Shown here in pieces: positions 1 through 11,074 of a DNA stretch of 43,848 nt. Both the position numbers and the translations under genes were made by a program. Each line of letters starts with the position of its first letter. Within the stretch, counting starts at the first letter, position 1. The DNA comes from Cercozoa sp. M6MM (Eukaryota; Protista; Endomyxa: Ascetosporea): assembly GCA_040357565.1 (NCBI GenBank), contig JBDODJ010000090.1. One strand, written 5' to 3'. The notes beneath the pieces were generated by a model that was not told the DNA's origin, did not search any database, and saw only the letters and a list, made by a program, of their open reading frames with translations.

Positions 1-418
1 GTCACACTGAGTGAGTGTGCCCACGTGGCCACTGAGAGTGCACTCCGGGGGGGGGGCCACCGGGGCCGGGCCGCCCCCACCCTGTAGGGACAGCATGGAC
101 GGCGGCGAGAGTGAGCAGAGGCCGAACGACGATGACGCGGCGTTGGACCTGGTGCTGCGACGCGCACTGTCGCTGCTACTGTGCACGTGCCTCGACGGCA
201 GCGTTTCTTCACTGCCACTGTTCGGTAGCCACGTGCTATATCTGAGTGCGGGGACAGAGATCAATAGGCACCATGTGCACACGTGTGTGTGTGTGTGTGT
301 GTGTAGGTCAACACCCGTGGCTGCGAGAGGGACCACGTCTGTCGTGGGAGGAACATGCGGCACGTGCCACTCGGAGTGCACTCTCAGTGGCCACGTGGGC
401 ACACTCACTCAGTGTGAC
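1..418. repeat. Perfect 47-bp inverted repeat (1-47 vs 372-418) in putative introns
   Basis: 1-47 gtcacactgagtgagtgtgcccacgtggccactgagagtgcactccg is the exact reverse complement of 372-418. It may extend beyond the window edge. Confidence 0.95.
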
Positions 419-1000
419 GCTGCCGCGGTATCATCGCACCGTCCCTGTGACACTGCAGGTGCTGCTGTCGCTCCTGCTGTCCGAGGGACATGTCGCCGAT
501 GATGTCGGGTAAAACTACTCCTCCCACTCCGCACCCCTTTACCCCTCCCCCCTCCCCTGGCAGAGTGACAGAGGCACTGGGCCGACTGGCCTTTGTGCTG
601 GCCAGGCGCGGCAACGGCGACGTACTAAACGAAGTGCTGGCCTCTGCGGTGCCGTCGCTGCTGCCGTCCTTCCCGGCCACTGTGCACGGCATGCTGTGCG
701 CTGCCTTTGCGCACGTTGCCGCCTCTGGCGTCATGCACCGCTTCAAGTGTACTGGCATACCCATACCCACATGGATATATATATATGTATATTTCTTTCT
801 TTCTTTCTATTTGAACCAATAATGTAGAGATATATGTGTATATGCATGCAGTGCTGGCTCGCAAGGCTGCTGCTCTGCGACGCGGCCACGTGACGCCGCA
901 GGAACTGCAGGACCTCCTGCTGAACGCTGTGCCGCCCACTAGCACGCCGAGTGGCTCGCCCACCGTGCACCTGGAGGACGACGTCGTCGATCTCACCTAG
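88..1000 (+). CDS. 3' part of an unidentified spliced gene (5' end outside window) ending in a SIM-like motif
   Basis: Exons approx. 88-224, 307-359, 459-508, 564-~745, ~852-1000 join in frame. The last exon reads ...VTPQELQDLLLNAVPPTSTPSGSPTVHLEDDVVDLT* with TAG at 998-1000. Confidence 0.65.
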
Positions 1001-1209
1001 TTGATCGCATGGGGACGAGGGTTGATGTGCTCGCACGCTAAAATACCCCTCTGATACTTTACAGTACGTCACGTCAGTAGCAAGACTGAGAGCAGTCGAG
1101 TGGCAACCACTCGACCCAGCAAATCTAGTATAACGCACCCTTAAAGTCAGTCAGTAAAGCAAAACTGAACCACTTGAAACCCCTTGCGCTGCTCGGCGCG
1201 GTTGCTGGC

Positions 1210-4200
1210 TCAGTCGCTATCGTCAGAGTCGGAGTCAGAGTCGGAGTTGGAGTCAGAACCCGAACCAGAATCAGAGCCAGAGTCGGAGCCAGAGTCGGAG
1301 TCGGAGTTGTCGCTCGGCTTGGAAGACGTAACGCTCTTCTTTTTGGCGCGTTTCTTGTCGGGTTCGTCGTCCTCGTGGCTCTTGTCCTCCTTCTTTGGTC
1401 GGCCTCGCTTCTGTCAGAGTGAGTGTGTGTATATGTGGAACTGCAGAGGTACGAGAGGACAGTACCTTGGAGTGCGTAGGCAGCTCAATGCCGAGTTCCT
1501 TGGCGCAGGCGCGCACGAGGATCATGACACGTTGCTCGACGTCGCTTTCGGTACGCGACTTGGCATAGAAGTCTGTGCACACAGACCCTTGATTCCGAGC
1601 GGACTGGATCAACAGCGGACAGGAGGAGAAACGCACCGTGTCGCAGCAGCGGGTGCGTGCGCATGTGCACGAGCACGTTGGTCCAGTTGCCCCAGCCACA
1701 GCGCAGTACCGACACCAGCAGCAGTCGGTCGCACGTGAGCGACCAGCCGAACGTGGTCTTGATACGCTCCGGGTTGCAGCGCGCGTGCTCCGTGCTGGAC
1801 AGGTCGATGTCGGAGAGGCGCCGCACGTTGCGCAGCTTGCGCTGGATCACGTGGAACTGCAGCTCGCTCTTGCGTCGCTTGGCGGCGGCACGCTGGATGT
1901 CGGCGATCCACTTGTCCGACCCGGGCACTTCGGCGTGCCTCTTCCAGAAGGTCTTGTGGTAGCGCCGCACCTCGGCCTCGGTCAGGAAGTCCTCCACTTC
2001 CTTCTTGGACGTCGACTCGTCCTCCTCCTCCTCCTCCTGTATATGCATAGGGTATACGGTAGACGGTACGGGAGTAGGGGAGGAGTACCACGACAGGCGT
2101 GATCTCACTCTGGAAGGCGTCGCGCACGGAGGCAACGATCTCGGAGACTGCGTCCTTGCCGTGTCGCACCATGGCACGCACGAACTGCCGCAGGTGCCGC
2201 ACGCGCCAACGTGGGAAGCCCGAGCGGCGCAGTCGGTCGGCACGTGCCAGTTCCTCGTCGGACGGAAAGTCGCTCTGCTGACGCCACTGCTCGCGCAGCT
2301 GCTGCTCCTTGCTCTGCTCGGACTGTGTCGGCGACGACGTCGCTGTCTCTGCCGCGGGAGGGGTCTCTGACTCTGCGAGTAGGGGTAAGAGGGGGAGTAA
2401 AGGAGATAGAGAGAGAGAGAGGGGGGGGGGGGCAAAACCGTAGTGTTTCTTCTCGAGCGCCTGGTAGCGCACCATTGCGTCGTGCTGCTTCTGCTCGATG
2501 CGTTCCAGTTCCGCGAGGTTCTCGTAGAACTGCACACATATTGGTCAAATGAAAACGGCCAACAGAGAGTGCTGTCCGCGCGGACGAGTGTACCTGCCAG
2601 GGTGACCGCTTGGGTCGGCGCCACTCGCCAATCTCGCGGAAGTGCTTCTTCTTCTTCTGCTTGGACGGCGTGCCGGCCTCGCTGGATCGAATCGCCAGCA
2701 TGCGACGGTAGTACTCGGCCTCGTTTAGAGACTGGGATCGAGGGGGTAAAGAGGGTATGGAGTAAAGAGGTGGGGGGGGGTAAACCTACCTTGAGCTTGC
2801 TCCTCGCCTTGCGTCGCTCGAGCTGCGGCATGAGGAACTGCTGCGCCAACAACGCCTGGTTGGCACGCCTGCGGTCGCTAAAGTCCTCGTCGCCGACCTG
2901 TTCGGGGTGGAGTAAGGGGGTTAAAGTGTAGAGGTAAAGGGGATACAGGAGAACAAGAGAGCGCACCTGCATGGACGAGATTGACGTGTGCGAGAAACCA
3001 TCGTCCATCAATGAGAAAGCCTCCTTGTCCACGCCGACCTTTTTCTGTACGTGTGTCCAGTATTTGTGTCCAGTATTCGTGTCCAGTATTTGTGTCCAGT
3101 ATTTTCATATCAGAAAAGAAAAATACAGACTACACAGTGCGGACAGTGACAGGTCTACCTTGATGGAAGCGACGAGATCGTCGTGCTTCTTCTGTGCACT
3201 CTCCAGCAGCTGCTCAAACGCCTCCTCCGTCATCACCTCCGACAGGTCCTATTAACACACACCGACATACACACATATACAGAACAGCCGCGTTCCTTGT
3301 TCAACAAAGCTACGCCAGCATCTTTGTCCTTGTTGAAGGCAGCTGCAGCACCGTGTCTCACCTGCTCAAAACACATAAAATAACGCAGCCTTAACTAAAT
3401 TATAAGAAAATTATAAAGCCTCGCCTTACCGCTGCTAGCAAGTCCTGAGCACCGATCGGAGCGTTTAGGCCCTTTTTGGCGCTCGTTGTGACACCGCCCT
3501 ACAGTCAGACACTCAAAGTTACCCCAATGGTATTTTTTTGGCAGAACTGACCTGGATGACCAAGGCGTCCAGACACAGTTTCGCTTGCGCACGCTCAACG
3601 ATCTTCTCTTCCACCTGCACTTTTATGTTGGTGTGAACAAGGTGGGCAACGTCAGAGGTCAGAATTACCGAATCCTGGGTGACCAGTCGGTACACAGACA
3701 CAGGCTTGGTCTGCCCGATACGGTGCGCGCGGTCCATGGCCTGCAGGTCCTGCTGCGGGTTCCAGTCCGAGTCGAACAGCACAACGACATCGGCAGTCTG
3801 CAGGTTGATGCCCAGGCCACCTGCCTGTGCACAGGGAGGATCCATGTGTTGGTCACAACATCACAACAAAGGGTGCAGCTAAGTAAGGACGGGGAGGGCA
3901 AGGTACACGAGTGGACAGCAAGAAGCAAAAGTCCTCGGAGCCGTCTTTGTTGAACTCGTCTGTTCAGGACAAGAAACGCACAAAATACAACAAAAACAAA
4001 ACAAGAAAAGCAACAACGAACCCATGCGCTCCTGCCGGTCGATCTGAGCCGTGCTGCCGTCGATTCTCTGTGCGTTAAAAATTGTTAGTTAAAGGGGCCT
4101 TAACCCCTACTTAAAGGGGTGCCTACCTGGTAACTGTAGCCACGCATAGCCATGACATCCTCAATAATGTCCAGCATCGAAGTCATCTGGCAGAACACCA

Positions 4201-6531
4201 GCACGCGCGAGCCTGGGGAAGGAAAGGTAGGGAGGGGTACAGGAGAAGGAAAGGTAGGGAGGTAGAGGGGGTAAAGGGTAGAGGGGGGTAAAGGGGGTAG
4301 AGGGGGGTAAAGGGGGTAGAGGGGTAGAGGGCACCTCTTGCACGACAGCGCCGCAGCAGCAGATCGAGCGCCTTGAGTTTGCCGCATGCGTCCACCAGGT
4401 GTTCGCCGAACGGGTCCAGACTCCGGTCCTCGACGCCGTCGAACAGGTACGGGTGGTTGCACAGCTTGCGCAGCTGCATCAGCAAGTTCTTCAGCCGGTT
4501 CTTGCTGCTCCGGTGCAGCGAGTTTATCAGCTCCAGGTCGCTGCTCAGGAACTTGACGTACAGCTCGCGCTGCACCTTGGACATCGGCACCGTCAGCTGC
4601 ACACGCACACACACACACCACCCAGTCAGTCGGTCAGTCATTTAGCAAGTCAGTCAGTCAGTCAGTAAGTAAGTCAGTCAGTAAGTAAGTAAGTCAGTCA
4701 GTCACACGGAAAAATACAGGAAAATATACGAATACAACAATACAGAAAACTGAAATACAAATACACCGAAAAAACCTCACAGTTGTATGACACAAATGAA
4801 AGATATCTGGAACAGGAAAAACGGAAATACGAAAAACACCAACGCAAAAAGAAAGAGGGGGGGTGTACATGAAACTCGGTTTTGGCGGGCAGCGGATTCT
4901 TAAGGTCGCGCTTCAGTCGGCGCAGAATGAAGGGTCGCAGGATGCTGTGCAGGCGCGACACGACGAGCTTCCGCGCGGAGCTGTCGGTCGGCAGGCGGAA
5001 CCACTCGGCAAAGTCGTCGGCCGAGTTGAAGAGCGACGGTGCCAGAAAGTTCAGCAGTGCCCACCTGCGGGGGGGGGGGGGGGGGCCTACCGAGGTAGTN
5101 NNNNNNNNNNNNNNNNNNNNNNNNNNNNNNNNNNNNNNNNNNNNNNNNNNNNNNNNNNNNNNNNNNNNNNNNNNNNNNNNNNNNNNNNNNNNNNNNNNNG
5201 GGGGGTAAAGAGGGGGTAAAGAGGGGGGTAAACAGGGGGTAAACAGGGGGTACAACTCGTGCAGGTTGTTCTGCAACGGCGTGCCCGTCAGCAGCAAGCG
5301 ACGCCGCGTCGGAAGCTGCCGCAGCAGACGCGAGATCTGCGACGACGCGTCCTTCAACTTGTGCGCCTCGTCCACCTGAGGGGTCACGGGGGGGGTAAGA
5401 CGTATAAGGAGGAGGATAATAGGGGGTAAATAGGGGGGTAAAGAGGGGGGTAAATAGGGGGGTAAAGAGGGGGTAAAGGGGTAAATAGGGGGTAAAGAGG
5501 GGGTAAATAGGGGGGTAAATAGGGAGGTAAAGAGGGGGTAAAGAGGGGGCAAAGAGGGGGTAAAGAGGGGGTAAAGAGGGGGCAAAGAGGGGGCAAAGAG
5601 GGGGACAAAGAGGGGGGTAAGATACAACGAGCACGTCAAAGTCGCACTTGCGCAGCGAGGAGTGAAACTTCTTGACCATCTCGTAGGTGGTGACGGCCAC
5701 GTCCCAGTCGCGCTCCTCGGCCACCAGCTGCTCCTTCTTCTCTAAGGCAGGGCAACAGAGGTCACACAAGGGAATAATAAAGAGGAGGGGTTACAGGTAG
5801 GGATACTACAGGGGGGTCAAGGAAGAAGTACCGGCCTGCTCGGCCTTGTAGGCGTGCAGCTGCAGCACTCGCAGCGAGGGACACCACCGGTTGAGCTCGC
5901 GCACCCAGTTGGAGAACGTGGACAGAGGCACCACCACGAGGTGCCCACTGGCGCCGCCTTGTCGCTGATGCTTCAGGTAGCCCAGCAGCGAGATCGTCTG
6001 CAGTGTCTTGCTGCACTCATATATACATACGTACACATAGTACCCCTAGTCCCATAGGCTGAGGTACCCCAGACCCATCTCGTCGGCGAGAATGCCACTG
6101 GCGTCGTTGTCGTACAGCGAGATCATCCAGTTGAGCGCCTCGACTTGGTAGTCGCGCATCGTGCCGCTCTTGATGAAAGGAGGCGACGCGTCGAACCGAT
6201 GCACGGCGGCATCTTCCTCCTTGCCTGCTACTCGGGACAACAAGATATCCCAGACGACACAGGCCCTCGCAGTAAAGCAGAGACACTACCCTCCAGTAAC
6301 TCTGCGTCATCTGCTTCGGTCGCAACGTGTCGGTGGCGACCCTAAGAATGACTAGCATGTTGATAGACTCTATAGATGCAGTGGGTACTGGGGAGGGAGA
6401 CTGGATACCTGTGCGTCAGGCGCGTGCTCGCCGCGCATCTGCTTGAGCACCAGCGAGTGGAAACTCGCAGTCTTCTGCAGCAAGTCCTCCAGTCGCTTGA
6501 GCGACTCCTGCGTCAGCTCCTCCTCGTTCAT
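1210..6531 (-). CDS. ISWI: ISWI-family SNF2 chromatin-remodelling ATPase (helicase core + HAND-SANT-SLIDE), about 20 introns
   Basis: Motifs across GT-AG exons: [22 protein letters not shown]|[29 protein letters not shown]|[21 protein letters not shown]|[63 protein letters not shown] and [24 protein letters not shown] at 6531, TGA at 1210-1212. Confidence 0.96.
3052..3103. repeat. Intronic 13-bp tandem repeat (gtgtccagtatty) x4
   Basis: Direct read within an ISWI intron. Confidence 0.9.
5200..5620 (-). repeat. Intronic degenerate (CTCTTTACCCCC)n minisatellites in two adjacent ISWI introns
   Basis: Runs of gggggtaaaga-like units on the + strand at 5200-5250 and 5380-5620. Confidence 0.9.
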
Positions 6532-6833
6532 GTGTGCGCCTACACCGGGGTCAAACTCACTCCAAAAATGCCAACTTGGCGCCTTTCTTTCAATTCTTAC
6601 AAAGACTAGGCGGCTTCCCGTACTCGTACCTACAATAGACAGTCGGCCAACACACGCACTCACCACTTTCGGGCGTCTCAGACACACTCACAGTTTTGGA
6701 GTCACACTTTGGGGAATGTTGTACTTTTTTGTATAAATTGACAGTCTTGAGCCGGTATTTTTCTTGATCGTTTACGAGCTGTGTAGCAAGTTTTTTTGCA
6801 GTCTGACGAACTAAACAGACTTTAGCAAGCAAT
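6532..6833. promoter_or_regulatory. Putative bidirectional promoter ISWI / SDR
   Basis: 302 bp between divergent start codons. Confidence 0.55.
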
Positions 6834-8402
6834 ATGGGAGCAGCCAGTACGGCGATCGTCAAGGAGCTGTTGGAATTCTTGGTGAGTGGACATCCCAGAC
6901 CGAAGTTGCTCTTCGCAAGCTTGTGTCTTTGTAGATCCTGGTGATCGGACCTCTGGTTGCTGCCGTGAGCTACATTGTGTAGGCTTTCCTCTGTTTACGC
7001 GGGATTTGTCTTCGCATCTGGTGTGCGGGATCAGAGTGTACCTGCCGATCATTGTGGTCGGTTGGGTGAAAGAGCGCGTGCGACCCAGCAAGTCAAAAGT
7101 GGTCACCCGACGTGTTGCCATTGTTGGTGCCTCTAGCGGCATCGGTCGGGAAACAGCATTGCACTGGGCACGCCACACCGACGTTTCACTTGGTATTCTA
7201 CCCTGACATTGTTGGTCAGTGTCCGCAACCAGCGTGCTGTCTGCAGTGCTCCTGGCACGTCGACAGGAAGTGCTGGAGCAGGTGGCCCAAGAGTGTCGCG
7301 AGGCAGGCGCCAACTCAGTGGCAGTGCTGCCATGCGATGCGAGTGACTTCTACTCGATCTCGGGCAAGCTGCTGAGTGCCGACGACGCCGCAGCCATCGA
7401 CACGGTGCTCGTGTGTGCTGCTGTCTCGGAAGTCACCGTGGCGCGCGTTGTCAAAGCACGCGACGACGCAAACTTTGGTGTGTGCTCTGACTAGTCTCGA
7501 TAGTGATTGCAATATACCCCTTTGACAGACAAGCACATGCGCATGCTCCACCTGCACAACCGGATCTGGCGCGACGTGACACATATCAACGTCAGCGCAG
7601 CCACCAACGCGGCACTGGCATTGATGCCGCGCATGCGAATGCGCCGACACGGCGTTGTTGTTTTCGTGGGCAGTCTGGCCTCCTTGGCTCCGCTGACTCG
7701 CTTTGGTACACTTGTGTCTGGACTACGAAGACACTACAGCACGCACCCTTACAGTTGTAAGTTTATGTGTCCTAGGTATCTACGGTGCCACCAAGGCGTG
7801 GATGATTCGCTTCGCTCACGCACTGCGCGCACACGTTCGCCACGACAATGTTCACGTGTGCCACGTTCTCGTGGGACCCGTGGAGTACCACTTGCTTCGC
7901 TTCAACACAGTTTTTAATTTTCCAAGCGTGATAATGCAAATGCCTTGTTGTGCCAGTACGGGCATGCAGATCGACCGCAAGAACCTGATCACAGGCACCG
8001 CAGCTCCTGGAAAGGTGGCCAAACATCTCGTTGACGTTGCTTCCCACGCTGACTTGGCGGTACATGTGATAGTTGCTCTCTGTGACCTGTGTTAGTAGCA
8101 GCTTGTGGTGAATAGTTCTATGCGGAGACATGCACGCATCCATGGTGGCAGTTCGCTGTGTCTTTCCTGAACGCAATTCCTCCCCAGTGCTTTGCTTGGC
8201 TCGCTAAATGGTACAGTTACTGTAGTTGCGTACCTGCGCGTTTCAAGTTCTGTGCTGCAGGCGCTTGGTGCCTGCCGACATGGCTGAAATGGAGGACACG
8301 AAAACTCTGGATACTTTGCTGTTGGAGCAAGGTGGTGCACTCGCCTGGACCAGCGATACGCCGGCTTCTAGTGTATCACATGAAAGCGAAAAACTCGACT
8401 AA
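6834..8402 (+). CDS. Short-chain dehydrogenase/reductase with N-terminal membrane anchor
   Basis: Rossmann motif IVGASSGIGRETA, ARRQEVLEQVAQEC, VFVGSLAS, catalytic YGATK and spliced GPVD|TGM. Hydrophobic N-terminus. TAA at 8400-8402. Confidence 0.9.
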
Positions 8403-8681
8403 TTTATGCTGGTGGCGATAGCTACAGTAACACACAACTGAACTGAATTCACTGATGATCCATCCATATCCCTATCCGTATTCCATCCGGGACCATTTTG
8501 AGTCGGACTAACTTAGAAAGGCAACAACTGAAAAACCGGGCACTGTCAGTTCAGCTACTTTTCGCAGGCCTAGTCTGCTGGTAACTTCCTCTATTCGAGC
8601 TACTGACGCCGATATTGATGACTAAAAGTACAGTCACGACATTCCCTACGTACCATCGTTCAGATGCAGTACATCACTGAC

Positions 8682-10279
8682 TCAGTCACTCGTTGGCGCA
8701 CTTGCTGTAGCCTGCGGATGACTGTGAGACACGAGCTTCTGGAACAGCAGCGACAACACCTTCTCCCGAGCCTCTCTAGTGAATTCCGATACGTCAGTCG
8801 GCTCATCGCTCGGCTGCAGCCGCGTCGTGGGAACAACGAGCTGCCTAAAGAGTTCCCTTTCTCCTTTTGTCTGATCATCCGAGTCGCGTACACTCAGTTC
8901 GCGCCGAATCGAGACCGGCTGCTTGACGAGAGACGGAACTGTAGGTTGTCCGGGCGAATGAGCGACATCGAGCAATCGTTCTCGACCTGAAAGGGCGACG
9001 GCGCTTTGCTTGCGCTCGTCCTCTTCTGCCCTAACCTCTTCAATGGCGTCAACAAGAAACTGTTCAACGTCGCTTCGCTCTTGCAAGACAATTCTCGCAA
9101 GCCGTCGTACTTCCTCAAGCTCTCGAGCTTGCACTGTCTACGAGCATACCCACACAGTATTAGGCTGGCAAAAGAAGTCGCCGTCACGGCTCTCCAAGAA
9201 GCAAATTGCAAGGCGGAAAATACTGAATGCTTGACGGCTATTTCGGCATCTTGGAGAGGCTTCGCTACTGCCTGCTGCAGCTGTGCCTCGTGTCGAAGCT
9301 GCTTTCGTCGCAATTCAAGTTTCAGCCGTTCAATTTCGCGCCGCGATTCTTCAAGGGCCTTTCGGGTTTCAATGAGCTTGCTTTGGAGGACCCTCGACTT
9401 TCTTTGACTCAAGAAGGCACGTTGCTCCGACAGTTCGGCGTCTCGTATCGCCGCATCTCGCAGACTGGTCATTTTCTGAAGGCGAGCGTCCAACTAAGCA
9501 TGCAGAGGCTATAGAGCGAAAGTATGAGTATTTTAGTGCGAGGAGCGGAACTCACTTCGGCAGACTCACGCTCATGAAACTTGAGTCGCGCATGCAGTTT
9601 CTTGTTGTCGGATCTGAGCGTTTCTGATTCCACATCAAGCGCTTGTCTCGCTTCGACGTCGGCCCGTTGTTGTATGGCAGCGATCCTTTTGTCAGCAGCG
9701 TCTTGGATCGCCTTCTTTTCGACCAGAAGTTTGCGCTCCAAGTGTTTCAGTTCCTCACCGAAACGCCTCGCCTGAGCTTGTATTGTTCTTTCGGTTGCCC
9801 GCTGGTGGGATTCGACACTTTGCTTCTCGCGCTTAAACTCGTACACTTCATCGAGCTCTTTGCGGAGCTCCTGCACGCGCATCGTTAATTCTGCAGCGTG
9901 GTCTTTCCAGTGGTTCACCTCGGCATCCTTTCTGTGACATATCTCAGCGGCGATCTGATCCTTTTCAGTTTTTTCTCGCCTAATGAGCTCGGAGCACTGT
10001 CGGCGTAACTTTTGAACTTCTTGGCTCTTTTGTCGCAGCTCGTTTTGCAAGAAAGATATCATCTCCGTCTGCGCAGGCAGTCCAAACACACCAAATTATG
10101 GAGACGTGTCTACGCTGAAAGAAAAGAACAGTTGGCAGTACCGCTCTTTGTTCGCTTTGACGCAAGCGATTACGAAGGTGCATTGCCTGGTCGGCTTTGT
10201 CAAGAAGAACGTCCATTTGCTCCCGTTGCATCTCTCTTGCGCTTTGAGCGCCAAATTCTTCCAGCACCTGTCTTTGCAT
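8682..10279 (-). CDS. BBOF1: Basal body-orientation factor 1 (CCDC176)-like coiled-coil protein
   Basis: Long coiled coil. C-terminal blocks RRLARIVLQERSDVEQFLVDAIEEVR and DVSEFTREAREKVLSLLFQKL resemble BBOF1 as I recall it. Start codon uncertain. Confidence 0.75.
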
Positions 10280-10551
10280 TTTAGGTTCAGTTTCGCCCCC
10301 AAATTCGCCGCAAACAGCTGCGTGCAGCAGCGGTAGGCAGCCAACCACTCTTAAGATCTCTGCAGCGAACGGCGGGTTTCACGTTTCAAAATAACTGAGC
10401 GGCCGAGCATGGAAGCGTTTCTTTAAACGACGGTAAAATACCGGTAAACTCGACGCGAGTTCACTTGGGTGTGCGTGATAAATTTATAACTGTTTGTACC
10501 TGCGTTCGTGTTTGTCTTTAACTGCAAAATCCCTGCTCTCTGTTTAGACAC

Positions 10552-10639
10552 GAGAGTGGTGCGCAAACCACCTCGAATACTATGTCGAGTCGCAAGAGAG
10601 TGGAGCGCAAACCACCTCGAATACTATGTCGAGTCGCAA
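10552..10639. repeat. Tandem duplication of a 44-bp unit (1 mismatch)
   Basis: gagagtgg(t/a)gcgcaaaccacctcgaatactatgtcgagtcgcaa occurs at 10552-10595 and 10596-10639. Confidence 0.95.
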
Positions 10640-11074
10640 CAAAAAGGCAACTATTTCATGTGAGCTTCCTCTCTCCATCTGTCGCAACGAAACGTTATTT
10701 TTCGACGTGTCTTTGGTTGGTCAGGGACCCAAAGTTACAACAGTACTGTACGACTTGTCTCAGATCATGTGCGTTTTAGTTTCATCAAAGCCCGAAAGCC
10801 TCCCGAACGTTGTGGCGTGCCTGGGGTGAGAGCGTACGTGGGTGACCCGAGCGGCCTTTGGGGCTCCGATAGGCGCGTGTTCTTGACTGTGGCAAATCTT
10901 TCTTCGGTTGTTCCGAGACGGCTTGGTCACTGTCGACGCCGATTAGTCGCTTGATTTGTTGTAGGGACACCGTCTTTTGTGTAGCTATGTAAGACTGCTG
11001 TCAGTGTCACCCGTCATAGACTTGTTTTTGATTGTTCGCCTACAGGTTCACTTTATCCGAAGTACGACTGAACA

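Noticed and set aside
10552-10639. CRISPR-like hairpin repeats
   Set aside because: Only two abutting units, no spacers, no cas genes, and a eukaryotic context.
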